The translations under genes and the position numbers were made by a program. A stretch of 51,585 bases of DNA from Callorhinchus milii (taxonomy: Eukaryota), in NCBI RefSeq assembly GCF_018977255.1, contig NW_024704767.1:198416-250000 (forward strand), in the 5' to 3' direction. How positions within the stretch are numbered: position 1 is the stretch's first letter; every line of letters begins with the position of its first letter. Positions 11,897 through 24,600 of this stretch are shown here, piece after piece. The notes under the pieces are model-generated. The model had not been told where the DNA came from, ran no database searches, and saw only the letters and a program-made list of their open reading frames with translations.

Positions 11897-12270
11897 TAAT
11901 AATCAATAATTATTCTTGCATCGTAAAGTGTATTGGCTATGTTGTGTATTTGTAGGCAGCCAATTTGTGCATAGCAATGTCCCACCAACAGCCACAAAGT
12001 TTTTTTTCTCTCTCTGGGGGGAATTGCTAGGAGATCCCTGAGAGAAAATCCCATCTTTGTTTGAATAGCACCTTGCGATCTTTAACAGCAACCCGAACAG
12101 GCAGATGGGACTTCGGTTAAACGTCTCCGTGAGCTCTGACAATGCAGTGCTACCCCAGCACAGCATTGGAGTGTCAGTCTAGACTGGGAGCTCAAAGTCC
12201 TGACATAGGGCCTCAAGCCCACAACCTTCTGACTCAGAGGCAAGAATGCTATGAACGGAGCCAGGCTCAC
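11897..12270 (-). mobile_element. Older Deu-domain tRNA SINE
   Basis: Homologous to 25437-25740 (TCTGAGTCAGAAGGTTGTGGG head, GAGACGTTTAACCGA core). Confidence 0.75.
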
Positions 12271-12940
12271 ACATGTCTCTGGGTTGATGCAGTTTCAAGT
12301 CAATTTCAAGGGTCAGCATCTCTTTGTGGAACTCACAACAGAGACAGTGATATTGTCAGGACAACACATTGCATAAGTACAAAGAGAAAACATTTAATTA
12401 TTGAAAAAGATTCCTGGGAGAAGATTGCTCCAGCTCTGTCTCGTTGCTTTTAAGCTTTATGATAAATGGGATCTTGACTTAACTTTTGTTGATTCATTTA
12501 TAATTTATTTGGTTTTACAATTACAGAACTACACATGTTATTCCCCTTGAAGTCCACGCCAGCTGAACTTCAATTGGATGGCGACAAGAAAGGGATATAT
12601 TCTCTGGAAAATTGGATTTCTCATTTGCTCAGTTAACCCATTCCTTACCTGTGTAGTCACTAACGATTACAAGCTTTGTCTAGTTTAAAGGTTCAGTACC
12701 TTGGGACGTGAAAGATGCCGTATAAATGCAATTTATTCCTGTTATTGTTGTGAACAAAACAAATAGCTAGGCATTTAATTGCGATGTGAAAGGCGCTGTA
12801 TGAATGCAAATTGTTGACGTAGTTGTGGTTACAGGCAAAGAGCAACCTCTAGTGAATTATACATACAATGGGTTTAAAATTCCCTGTGTTATAATGTCTC
12901 AAACAACCCTCCGATCTCCCACCAGAGAGATCCAAGTTAC

Positions 12941-13014
12941 CTGATCAGCTGTGTCCATTATCTTCACCAAGACTGCCTGATGATCTACCAGCTCTTCAGA
13001 AGTGTAGATATCCT
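12941..13014 (-). CDS. RASL12: RASL12 exon 3
   Basis: EDIYTSEELVDHQAVLVKIMDTADQ (G3 DTADQ variant of the RASL12 family); 74 nt, phase 1-0. Confidence 0.95.
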
Positions 13015-13217
13015 CTGGAACACAATAAACAACGATGACAAAGTGAAAGAGCATCTCGGACTGACTGATTGACTGACATAATTGCTCCAAGACCCAGGCC
13101 AGTGGAGCGGAGAGAAAGTTGGTCCATATTTGCTCGCATAAAGTGCATCAAATTTCCACACAAAGCAGGTGGAAAAACGCAATTGAATGGTGCTCACTCA
13201 CACTCTTTTGTACTTAC

Positions 13218-13274
13218 CCAAGTGTGGATCGTATTCGCTTATGAATCTTTTGGTGAGAAACTTCACAGTCAGAG
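13218..13274 (-). CDS. RASL12: RASL12 exon 2
   Basis: ALTVKFLTKRFISEYDPHL; 57 nt, cAG / GTAAGT. Confidence 0.95.
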
Positions 13275-13600
13275 CTGCAGGAAAAATCAACACACCAACG
13301 GGTTATTTTCAATGTCACTGAAATCAACACTCGGTAGAGAAAGATTGAAGTGCGTTTTCTATCATCCGAAAGGCAGTCAGAGTATAATAATAATAATAAT
13401 CCTTGCGTTCGATATAGCATCTTATCACATTGTCTCAAAGCACTTGACAGAATTATAATTGTAAAGTGAATTGACTGTATATTTTGTGGGCCGAAGGAGA
13501 GGACCATAAAGTTAAGTTGCTATTTGAAACAGTGCAACCGACGAACAAATAATCAATTACCAGTTAGGATTTAAAAATGTGTTGATGGAACCAATCTCAA

Positions 13601-13786
13601 TGAGTGCGTACGTGAGTGCGTGGGTGAGTGCGTGGGTGAGTGCGTGGGTGAGTGCGTACGTGAGTGCGTACGTGAGTGCGTGGGTGAGTGCGTGGGTGAG
13701 TGCGTGGGTGAGTGCGTGGGTGAGTGCGTGGGTGAGTGCGTGGGTGAGTGCGTGGGTGCATGAGTGAGTAGGTGCGTGAGTGAGTG
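13601..13786. repeat. 12-bp minisatellite (GTGAGTGCGTGG / GTGAGTGCGTAC), ~13 units plus degenerate end
   Basis: Direct reading; lies in RASL12 intron 1. Confidence 0.95.
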
Positions 13787-14149
13787 AACAGTTTAGAGCT
13801 CGAAACACGCAGTGTAAGTGCAAGCCCAAGCTCTCCGGGACAAATAACCCGCACGAAAGGCGCCTACATGAATGCAAGTTGTTGTTGGACGCAGTCTCTT
13901 GGGTAAACAGGAGAGAGAGAGAGCGAGAGAGAGAGAGTGCGCGTCCCATTCCAACAATCTATCTCCGGAATTTCCACGTGTAGGTGGGACGAACGATGCA
14001 TGGGATGATACTCAGCTTCGGTTTGGACGCTCTTAAGCAAAGGGTGATGGGTTTTCGCATGTGTCAAGACACCCGGCTGACCGCCACCTCCCCCCCCCCC
14101 CCCCCCCCCACCCACCACCCCAAAAAAACCCCACCAAAATATCTCTTAC

Positions 14150-14288
14150 CAGATTTCCCAGATCCAGTGCAACCCAACATGACAAGGTTACATTCCTGAA
14201 TGGAAGTTGGGAGACTCTTCTCTCGATCCAGGGAGTTGGATGAATGGAGCAACCCACTGGATTTGCCTTTCCCAAACATCAGGGACAT
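14150..14288 (-). CDS. RASL12: RASL12 exon 1
   Basis: MSLMFGK...NLVMLGCTGSGKS (G1 P-loop), donor G|GTAAGA. Confidence 0.92.
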
Positions 14289-14733
14289 CCTGGGTTGGAC
14301 TTCACTGGAGCATCGTCAAACCCCACTTGTGCGATGGGATCTCTGGTGAGAGAGGTTTCAGGTCAATTTCAGGAGGATCTCTCTCTCTCTCTCTCTCTCT
14401 CTCCCCTTCTCCTCACTTCCTTTCCTCCCTCTTTTCACTGTAATCTCTGTCCATCCCTCCCAGCAGCAGAGAGACTAGAGAGAAGGAAAAAGCAACACAC
14501 AACAGCGCACAGAGGAGATGCAAAGAGATGCAAATGCAATGCATTCGCTTTCTATTCGCTTTGCCTCCCACCAACCTCTTCCATCACTGCTCTGCCAAGT
14601 GCAGAATGCGAGTTTCGAAAAGAAATCGTCGAGGAAAGAGGGAGAGAGAGAGGGAGGGATGGAGAGAGAGAGAGAGAGAGATGCTGCTGGTGATTATGGT
14701 TTGAACCACAGCCACATCCCTTGTAAGGCAGTG

Positions 14734-14832
14734 CAGCTGCATTGAGTTCCTTTGCGTGAACATCTGTATAACAAATAGAGACTGTATCTAATCAACAAAT
14801 TGCTGCAGCCTGAGCACACACACTATAAATAG
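14734..14832. promoter_or_regulatory. Muscle-type motif cluster upstream of RASL12
   Basis: Perfect MEF2 consensus CTATAAATAG (14823-14832), E-boxes CAGCTG (14734) and CATCTG (14761). Confidence 0.4.
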
Positions 14833-15191
14833 TGCCTCGAACGTGCAAGAAAACTGCCACCGACTTCAGCAGCAGCAGCAGCAGCAGCAAAAAAAATAAT
14901 AATAAATAATTTTTTTTAGCCCCTGGGGTTTAACACACAAGCAATGGCTGGACTCACTGGTCAGGAATCTCAGGAACCCAGGCAATGAGAGATTAGTCTG
15001 GATGGTGTGTGGTTTTTCTTTCTCTCTCTCTCTCTCTCTCTCTCATCAAACTAACCCCTTATAACTTTCCTGTGACTTGTTTCACCAATAGGGATGTGGA
15101 GCCACATTTTTTTTTTTGAAACTGTCTGATGGTGAACTGGTTAATTTTAACTGTTCATTTCAATTCACCAGTGGAAATAGGATGTGCTGAA

Positions 15192-15227
<36 letters not shown>

Positions 15228-15440
15228 TGTGTGTGTGTCCTCTTGTTTCATCTCTCTCTTTCTCTCTTCCCTTCTTTTCTTTCTTTCCTTCCTTCCTTCC
15301 TTCCTTCCTTTCTCTCTCTCTCTCTTCTCTTCCACTCTTTCTCTCACTCTCTTTTTCTCCCCCCCACCCCCTTCTCTTCTTTTTCTTCCTTTCCTTCACC
15401 ACCCCCCCACCCACCCCCACTTTTTTCTCTCCTCCCATCC
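15192..15440. repeat. Polypyrimidine low-complexity tract with (CT)n and (CCTT)n
   Basis: Direct reading. Confidence 0.9.
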
Positions 15441-16842
15441 CATTTCTGGATAAATAAATCCTATGTGCACGTGAAACTTGGGGCTATTCAATCCCCTCCA
15501 TCCCTGAAGTGTGTAAAAAAAAATGATGCATACAAGTCCTCTTAATTGCCCTCATGGGGGAGGGGGGGGGGGGAAAAGAAACATCCTGCCCAGGATTTAT
15601 TATCCTCCTTTAAGGACTAAAAGTTGCACTTCCCAACATCTCAGAGAGGTTGCAGTGTGTGTAATATGCACATGTGCGGTAGGGGGCGCTGCTCTAAGGT
15701 TGCAATGCAGGTACTGTGTGTCCTATTCCATTCTAACATGGGTTAATCATCATCTCAAGAGGTCCTGGTGTTAACATCTCACCCCATCACAGCTCAACTG
15801 CCCCCCAGCTCACCCACTGGCTGTCATTTACTCCATCCTCAATCCCTGCTCTTTCCCTGGATGTTTCCTCCCTTGCAAATGTTCATCCCATTCCTCCCCA
15901 CAACCCAACCCAACCCCCACTCACACCCCAAAAAAAAATTGGCTTAGAAAAAAAGAAAATGCGGTCGCCCAAATCGCGGCCGTTTGTGGGACGCTGCCGT
16001 GCACACTTGGCTTTCGTGTTCGTCCACCAAATCCACAGTCAGTTCACTTTGCAGTATATTCTATGCAGCGCTTTGAGACGTCTCCACGACACGATAAGGA
16101 GCCGTATCAAATGCAAGGATTATTCTTAAAGATATCGCCAAACCCCAGCAGTGCTTTCTAATGACTTATTTGATGTTATGAGATGATATCAGTGATGTCT
16201 GTCAGACACAGATATGGGATTGTAAGTAATGATTTTAAATATAATAACTGATAAAATGATACAGAAGTTTGTTTTGTTAATGAGCCCAATTCTTGCCCTC
16301 TACATGTCCTGTTACATTTCCCATCAGCCTCTCACTTAATTCACAGTACCAGACCTGCAAACACACTTAACGTTCCACATAAAGTAAAATAAAATGCAAT
16401 CATATTTGACATTCCTAAGCCCAACCCCAGCAATGTCCAGCTCCAGTGAAACAGCTCACAAAGAATGCAAAGTATTTTTTTCCCCCGAAGTACAGATGTA
16501 CAGGAATTAATGACGTGCATTCCTACATTTTGTTAAATACTGTCCAGATCACTCGTTTATACATCACTGCAAACCCATCTCTTTTACATTCGTGCTCAAC
16601 GACATGACCTCTCATATCACTTTCCTTGTGTAACTATGGAGCAAGTGTCAGCGCAGTTTAACATTGTTAAACATATATAAAAATTGTGATTTCAACCCTA
16701 GTATCTTTATTACTAACATTTTTTTTTTGCTGTGCGCAATGGGCTGCCGAGTTTCGCTTGCATTTGATACAGCGCCTTTTCACAAGGCATTGAGACGTTT
16801 CAAAGCGCTTCACCGAATACACCGCAAAAGGGGGACGAAACA

Positions 16843-16990
16843 CAAAATATTGCAGATGCTGGAATCTGAAACAAAAACAGAGAGAGCTGGAAAAGCTCAG
16901 CCGGTCAGGCAGCATCTGGACCCGAAACGTTGACTCACTTTCCTTTCTCTGCTGCCTGACCTGCTGAGTTTTCCCAGCTCTCTCTGTTCT
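16843..16990. repeat. Palindromic interspersed-repeat remnant with ~39-bp inverted arms
   Basis: 16876-16914 is the imperfect reverse complement of 16950-16988. Confidence 0.75.
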
Positions 16991-17460
16991 TGGATACTCT
17001 AAAGGAGATTGACCGCAGCAAAGATGGAAGGAGATGAATTGAATATATTTTATTACCTTATTAAAATCCACAGAACCAGAAACACATCATTCTTCAGTTG
17101 AACGTATCACCACCGAGTCGTCAAAACTAGCCTTGAAGGTTTGATTCCTAACCTGATGAATCCACTCGCTCGCTACAAAACAGACTGGTCACCGGCAAAG
17201 CGGTGTTACCATAGTTACTGAAAGTTCAGATATAATGGCTTTAAATGGAGCAGAACTACACAAGTCATATGCCATTACACCCCAATGTTGCCGGCATCTC
17301 TCATGCAGCTGTGTAGATTGGGTCTTGAGATAGGCGTGTCTGTAGCCCAGTCAAAATAACCAGCAGCCTGGCTCACTGATAGCGCTCTCTCTTCGATTGA
17401 ACCAACTAAATACACTGTCACTGCACTTCACCGTCAATCCTTACTACTACTATTGCTGCT

Positions 17461-17834
17461 AATAATAAGCCTTGCATGTGGCATAGTGCCTTATCATGTC
17501 TTCGAGACGTCTCAAAGCGCTTCACGGAATATATACGGTAAAGGAATTGACTGTATATTTTGCGGGAGAAACACGGCAGCCATATTTGCGCACAACAGTG
17601 TCCCACAAACAGTTGTGGATTGAGTGACCAAATCATTATTATTTTTTAAAGGGATTATTACTTCCAGAAAAGCGATCCACCAATCGACTAACAACTGGGT
17701 TCCTACTTACTGCTGGGTAAACAGAGGCGTGTGGAGTAAGGAAACTTAAACCAAGGTTTCGCCTGAGAATTGAACCCTGGTCCTCGCTCTCGCTTGCGAG
17801 TTGAGTGCTCTAACCACTACGCCACAGGACTCCA
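17461..17834 (-). mobile_element. Full-length tRNA-derived SINE (long subfamily)
   Basis: Same head and tail as the young SINEs plus an internal segment CTGTTTACCCAGCAGTAAGTAGGAACC... Confidence 0.88.
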
Positions 17835-19467
17835 CAGTAAATTCACACGTTTCAGTGCCATGATAGCGTGCAAAGATTAAATCTTATTTTATTATTATAC
17901 TACAGAGCCTAGAACTGGGCTTTTTTTTTTACTAACTTCTTTAACCTGACCCCGAAATCACAATAGTGTGCAGTCAAAACACTTTGAAAACACTTTGATT
18001 TCCCAAATTTAGCTCGACTCTCGGTCTGTCTAAGTGCACCAAATAAAGTCTTGTGCAACAAAACAGGGCATATCTGCACCCAAGAGATATGGGAATCTAA
18101 GTGAGTCTAGCAATATGGTCTGAAACTTTATTTAACCTTTGCAATGCACGTCTTAAATGGGCAACAAGGTCTTTCTCTTGAGCAATGTATTCATTACTCG
18201 TGTCTCGAGATCTCAAACTATTTAGAACCGACTGTGTTTATCAATCCATTATTTAGGCTTGACGCAACTGTGAACTGGGCTCTCAAAATATTTGCGGTCT
18301 GCTTTGTTTTGTTGTTGCAGTTTAGGCCCCTATCTGTGCTCTGTGGAGAGCTCCATCTGCTACGGACAATATTGCGACACCAACATGGGGGTTTGTCAGG
18401 AAGCCAAATGTTGAAGGGAAACTGTTGAATTCACCATTTTCTCAGCCTCGAGAAGTGGGATTTGGAACTGACATCGTCCAGACACAGTGCGAGGAGTGAG
18501 CTCCGCATTGACAAAGAGGTATCGTCCTTTGGATGAAACCGAGGTCCTGTCTACGTGTTCAGGTGACTTCAAAGATCCTGTGTTGCTAATCAAAAAGAGG
18601 AGGGAGTTTCTCCCATCTGCTGGCGTAACAATTCCCTCCTAATCATTTTTCATTCACCTCTTGGCTGTTTGTGGCATTGTGTTGGTGCAAACAGTTGTCT
18701 CATTCGCCTCCAAAAAGTCACAACACAAGACAGTAACCGATTGTGAGGAGTTTTGGCTCATGTCAATGTAATAGTTGCTATAATTAGGAAAACTACAAAC
18801 AAGGAAATCATTTGGCCCCAAGTAAACTGTTCTGCCAGTTGATTAGATCACAGTAAACCTTTGAATCCTTTTCTTCATGTACCTTAATACATTTTCCTCC
18901 CAGGTATCGAGCAATACCCTTTCAAAAACATGCCATTTGACTGCAACAAGAATCTCCTAGGAACAGTGCGAGCCACATTATTATAAACGTCTTTGTGAAG
19001 AAAGCATCTTTTAATTAGAGCTTAGCTCTAAGGCCATCCTTTGTTTTAAGATCCCTCTAAAATGTTCTTCATCATTCAACGCAGTTTTTTGTTTAGAGAC
19101 CCGAGTGCAAGGACAGTCTACAGGGCTGTTGGTTCTAAAATACCTGCTAGGTTAGATATATTAGGCAGGACTCAGCTATCTATAGCCAGTGATATGGATA
19201 CTTTAATGTCAGAGAATGCGTACGCAGCCAGTCATTGCAACCAAACAAGCAACTAAAAGGAAACAAGCCTGTAGGATAGGGTTGTGTTTTGCTTCAATTG
19301 GAGCCGTTAAATATCAAATTCAATCCTCTCCGGGTGCTGTTGGGGGAACCTGTTTCCCTGAGACCTAGGGTTCCAGACTTCAGGTTCAATTCCAGTCGGC
19401 TCTAAGAAGTTTATCAAGGAAAGTGATCTATGATCGCAGGGTCTGACTAAAGCAAGGCCTGGGGGAG

Positions 19468-20838
19468 ATGCAGCCGGCAGGGTATCTGGGTGTGAGAGTG
19501 GAGGAGGAACTTTTCTCTGTTGAGAAGGCGATGCTGGCTGAGAGCAGTGAGTACTTCCGGGCTCTTTTCGACTCAGGAATGCGGGAATGTTCCCAGCAGG
19601 AAATCCGGGTGCAGGGGCTGACAGCACGTGGCTTTAGGATCCTGCTCCAGGTTCTGGCGGGCGAGAGGCCAATCCTGGCGGGCGAGGAAATCATCGACGC
19701 GATAGAGTGTGCCGCTTTCCTCATAGCCAAGCCTCTGTCAGAGCACATGGTGCACACCATCAGCTCCAGTAACTGTGTCCTGATGTTCCAGGCAGCGGCC
19801 ACCTATGGGCTGTTTGACTTGACCCAGGCCTCGGCTCTGTTCATGAGAGATCTTTACCCCAACGTCAGGGAGGAACTGAGATGTTTGCCCAAAGATGAGC
19901 TGAGTTACATCGAGTCCTTTTCTCCTAGCACCTTGGTGTCCGTGGCCACTCACACGCCCTCCCAGGGCTTCCTGGATGACGTGTTCAGGACCTTCTGTTA
20001 CCTGGACGAGGGTGAGAATGTGTGGAAGACACTGACGGCCTTGCCGGACAAGGCTACCACCTCTCTGGCCGGCGTCACCATGATGGGCAACAACATCTAC
20101 ATCGTGGGGGGGGTCTGCGCCTACAACAAGCGGCTGGTGGAGCTCAGCTTCTGCTACAACACGGCCGAGGATCGCTGGAACGAATTCCCTTGCCCTCAGC
20201 AGCTCCGCTACAGCCTGACCCTGACGGGACAGGACGGGAGTCTTTACGCCCTCGGTGGGATGTATCAGAACGTGGCTCTGGCCTCCGTGGAGCGATACCA
20301 GGTGGCGACCAGCACATGGTCCTCAGCAGCCCACCTGCCCAGGCCGGCCGAGAGCGTGGCTTGCACCCGGGCCATGGGCCGGATCTTCGTGTGCCTCTGG
20401 CTCCCCATGGACACCACCGATATCTACGAGTATCGGTGCGCGGAGGACACCTGGGCCTTGGTGACCACCTTGAGACGGCCCCAGAGTTACGGCCACTGCA
20501 TGGTGGCTCACGCCGACAACCTGTACGTCATGCGCAACGGACCGGCGGACGACTTCCTGAGATGCGCCATCGACTGTTTCAACCTGACCCGGCACCAGTG
20601 GAGCGCGCTGTCCGGCCAGTACGTCAACAGCAAAGGGGCGCTGTTCACCGCGGTCGTCAGAGGGGACTCGGTCCTGACGGTTAACAGAATGCTGACCTTG
20701 GTCTATGATATTCAGAACGACAAGTGGAAGCCGGCCAAGGAGAAGAGGGGCTTTCCTCGCAGCGGGTCCATGCACACCTTCCTACTCAGGCTGCCCAACC
20801 AGAGACCCGCAGCTCTGCACCCCGAACTGCCTTCATAA
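19468..20838 (+). CDS. KBTBD13: Kelch repeat and BTB domain-containing protein 13 (intronless CDS, 456 aa)
   Basis: N-terminal BTB (SEYFRALFDSGMRE), kelch repeats (IYIVGG, LYALGG, VERY), NSKGALFTAVVRGD and LYVMRNGP motifs; syntenic between RASL12 and UBAP1L. Confidence 0.97.
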   Translation: MQPAGYLGVRVEEELFSVEKAMLAESSEYFRALFDSGMRECSQQEIRVQGLTARGFRILLQVLAGERPILAGEEIIDAIECAAFLIAKPLSEHMVHTISSSNCVLMFQAAATYGLFDLTQASALFMRDLYPNVREELRCLPKDELSYIESFSPSTLVSVATHTPSQGFLDDVFRTFCYLDEGENVWKTLTALPDKATTSLAGVTMMGNNIYIVGGVCAYNKRLVELSFCYNTAEDRWNEFPCPQQLRYSLTLTGQDGSLYALGGMYQNVALASVERYQVATSTWSSAAHLPRPAESVACTRAMGRIFVCLWLPMDTTDIYEYRCAEDTWALVTTLRRPQSYGHCMVAHADNLYVMRNGPADDFLRCAIDCFNLTRHQWSALSGQYVNSKGALFTAVVRGDSVLTVNRMLTLVYDIQNDKWKPAKEKRGFPRSGSMHTFLLRLPNQRPAALHPELPS

Positions 20839-20985
20839 TGATAGTCCTTGCATTTGATACAGCGCCTTATCGCGTCATTGAGACGTTCTCAAAGCCCTTC
20901 ACAGGATATACTGCAAAGTGGAGTGACTGTTTATTTTGCGAACGAAACGCGGCAGCCAATTGCGCGCAGCAGTGTCCCCTGAACA
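20836..20985 (-). mobile_element. SINE 3' fragment abutting the KBTBD13 stop codon
   Basis: TAATGATAGTCCTTGCATTTGATACAGCGCC is the antisense SINE tail and 3' end. Confidence 0.8.
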
Positions 20986-21640
20986 GTCATAGAATCATAC
21001 AGCACAGAAGGAGGCCATTTGGCCCATCGGGTCTGTACCGCTCTTTGAAAAGAGCGTCCAATTCAACCCCACTCCCCCGCTCTCTCCCATAGCCCTGATC
21101 AACCCCACTCCCCCGCTCTCTCCCCATAGCCCTGATCAACCCCACTCCCCCGCTCTCTCCCCCATAGCCCTGATCAAACCCACTCCCCCGCTCTCTCCCT
21201 ATAGCCCTGCAAACTCGTCCTCCCCAAATAATTATCTACTTCACTTTTAAAAGATGTTATCGAATCGGCTTCCACCAGCCTTTCAGGCAATGCATTCCGG
21301 ATCCCAACACCTCGCTGTGTGAAAACATTTCTCCTCCTCTCCCCTCTGTTTCTTTTAACAGCTATTTTAAAATCGGTGCCCTCAGGTTACCGACCCACCG
21401 CCAGTGGGAATAGTTTCTCCTTGTTCACCCTATCGAATCCCCTCATAATTTTGAAAACTTCTATTAAGTCTCCTCTTAACTTTCTCTGCTCCAAGGAGAA
21501 TAATCCTCGCTTCTCTCACCTCTCCTGATAACTGAAGGCCCTCATTCCTGGTACCATCCTGGTAAATCTCCTTTGCACCCTCTCCAATGCCTAGACATCC
21601 TTCCTAAAGTGTGTGGCCCAGAACTGAACACAGTCTCTAG
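20985..21640 (-). mobile_element. CR1-type LINE 3' fragment containing a 4x ~36-bp tandem repeat (21061-21209)
   Basis: Minus strand gives degenerate PHFRKDV.ALERVQRRFTRMVPGM (CR1 RT end) and an ATTCTATG-like tail. Confidence 0.8.
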
Positions 21641-24600
21641 TGTTTTATACTGATTTTTTACCAGTGTTTTATGAAGTTCATCATAACTTTGTGACTTTTG
21701 TATTTTATGCCCAAATTTGACCAAAGTGCCCAAATTTATTTTAGAGGGGCATTATTATTCCCGGAAAGTGATCCGCCAATTGACTAACAAGGAGGTTCCT
21801 ACTTACTGCTGCGTTTCGCCCACAATATACTCAGTCAATTCAATTTACAGTATATTCTGTGAAGCGCTTTGAGACTTCTCAATGACGTGATAAGGAGCTA
21901 CATCAAAAGCAAGGATTGTTATACATCATTATTATACAGTGAACCAAATCGGTGCTTAGATGGACAAATCTTTCCACCCTCTGCATATTCCCTTTCACCC
22001 ACAGGCTAATGCCTAGGGGTTGGGGACACGTATTCGAAACATTTAAGCAGTTGTGATGCAGAAACAAAACAAAAAAAATTCCGTCTTATACCAAAGGTTT
22101 CCCGGCCTGGTTCTGCCTTCCGTGATTGTAACAGTTCTCCTGCCTGAGCTGATGGAATGGGAATTCCAGTCATCTGCCAGCACCAAGTACTAAAATTCCC
22201 GTGCGAGCAGACCAGCTCCGATAGGATCTGTAACCTTTAATGTGTACCGGTTCGGCGAAGGTCTGTTGTATGAGAAACCATAAATCTAAACAGCTCTAAA
22301 CAGTGTTTGTGGAATCAGATTTAGCAGGACTGCAGTGTTTTAACTAAAATATTGGCTCGAGCCACTCATTAAACGATGTTCACCCTCACTATCGACATTG
22401 TCCTCCTGACGTGAAAGGCGCTGTATCAAAAACGAGGATTATTATTATTATTATTATTATTATCAAGGCAAATATGCAGCCCAGCAATTTACGCAATCAT
22501 CAACTAATGACATTAATAACTAGCCATCATATAGACCATGTCTGATTAGATCGAAGGGTCTGTTTCACATTTAAAAAAATGCATTATGCGTGATCTCTAT
22601 CGTTTTTGAAAAGAAAAGCTACGTTCTCCTCCTCTGATTTCCTCCCCTCCTCTCCCCTCCTGAAAGTGTTTGATCTTCCCCCTACCGCCCCCCCCCCAAC
22701 TCTTTCCCCTCTTTCAGATCACGACTGAAGACCTTCCTCTTCGACTGTGCTTACAACCACTTCCTCTCTCCCCCAGCTCGGCATCAGGCTCCGCCACTGT
22801 TAAGCGTTCTGATAAGCCGTCCTGCATGAAGGGAGCTACATAAATGCATGTTGTTGTTGTTGACTTGTTTCCTCTCCCTCCTACTGGGCTATGATTCCAT
22901 GCGTGTCAGGCATGGTGTCCAAATCTGTGGAGCAGGAGGCAAGGAGGAAGGAGACAAAGAAAAAGAGAAAAATAGGAAGGGAAGATCTTTCCTAAAGAAA
23001 CATTTGGAACATAATAGTTTCTGTGTGTAGTGGCAGGGACTATATTCACAGAGCTGGGGTGTTTGGTAACATATCTTTCCAACCGATTAATACCCAACTG
23101 AACACATTGGTGGCATTTGAAACCTTCACTTTTCGGTTTTCAAAGCTACTCTTCAAGAGAAAGGAAACAGTTAAAGAGGGCAATGCGAGTGCACGGTTGT
23201 AAATCGGTCGAACTCGTGAGAATCCGATGCACCGTCAGCCAGTTTCAGAGCAAAACGAACAGCTTGAGTATCTTCGATCAAAACAGCAACAGTGGAAAGC
23301 AAATTAAAATCTTTATCAGGACGGTTTGGTTTCCAACCAGTTCTGTGCTGGAGGCTGAGAGCACCGTCCTCTACTGGTAAGAGTGGTGAACTGTTGGTTT
23401 GACCATTGGAACCTGATCACCGTTGGAAAGTTCCTCTCAAGTATCAGACGGATATGCTTGAAGCTGTGTTGTCTTATGCGTGTCTACGGTTATGGCTCTA
23501 TCACTGGGATATTATGTGGCAATACCCACGATTCACTCATCTGAAGGACGACAGCACCTGTGACAATGCAGGTCTCCCCCCAGAACCGCACTGGAGTCTC
23601 AGCCTAGACTACGAGCTCAAACCCAACCTAATCCCACACCCATGCAACCCAGGGACAAGAGCACCACTAACTGAGCCAAGGTGATAATGCGGGTAATGTT
23701 CTGCACACCCAGGGCTGTTCTAAATGGGTTTAAATGGGAACAGTTTGACCTCTGGGAGGTGGATTTGAATACTGCCTGGAATGATCACCAGTTGTCTCTG
23801 TAGCCAACACTTCAAATAAATTCAGGAGGTCCTGTAGATGTGGCTGTACAGTACAGCGTAAGCCTACATAGGCTGCCACTCAGTCCATCCCAGTGAGGTG
23901 GGAAGTGGAGGTGCCATTTGCTTGGGTGTGGGATTATGTGAAAAGCTTCTAGACGTTACCCTACGTGAAAGGTAATCGCTGTACAAACGCGAGTTTGTTG
24001 TTGGACTCGCTCCGAATCGTGGATTGTTCAAGCGGCAACTTGCATTTATATAGTGCTCTTCACTCGGGGGCAGCGTCTCGGAGCGGTTTACAGCGGCAAA
24101 GCCTGATGCCGAGCCAGGGGGAGGGAGGAGGTGATGGTCAAAGAAGAAAGTGTGAGTTACAGTGCATTATTGGGGCACTGCAATCATGCCAAAGCCCAGC
24201 ATGGAGATCCTTCCTAAACAAAGTGTATTTTATTGAGCACAAAACGTACACTGCAGGATGTTGCTTATTCAGCAGGACAAGGGTTGTGTATATCATAGTC
24301 AGGGTTATACACCGTGTAATTACATGGCGCCACAGTCAGCCCATTCACATGAATGGTTAACAAAAGCACTACTGCTTTCCCACACGAAGCTTACCCCGTT
24401 TACCAGGAAATTAATCAGCAGCAAAATCACTGGGGAACGGCTAGTGTGAGCCCAGGCCAGTGTCAGAGCAGTTGTGTAATAAAGTTCCCAGAGTATTTTC
24501 ATCTTGTATAAACGTCTTCCTGTGAGAAGCTACAGTGATGATTATGATTCTCTCTAAACTGACGTCGGAGTTTTGCCCCTGTGGTTATCTGAAAACAGAC

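Noticed and set aside
20022-20775. 220-aa and 150-aa ORFs overlapping KBTBD13
   Set aside because: Alternative-frame artefacts of high GC3 coding sequence
21061-21209. 36-bp repeats of CRISPR-like length
   Set aside because: Head-to-tail with no spacers, inside a CR1 fragment, in a vertebrate genome
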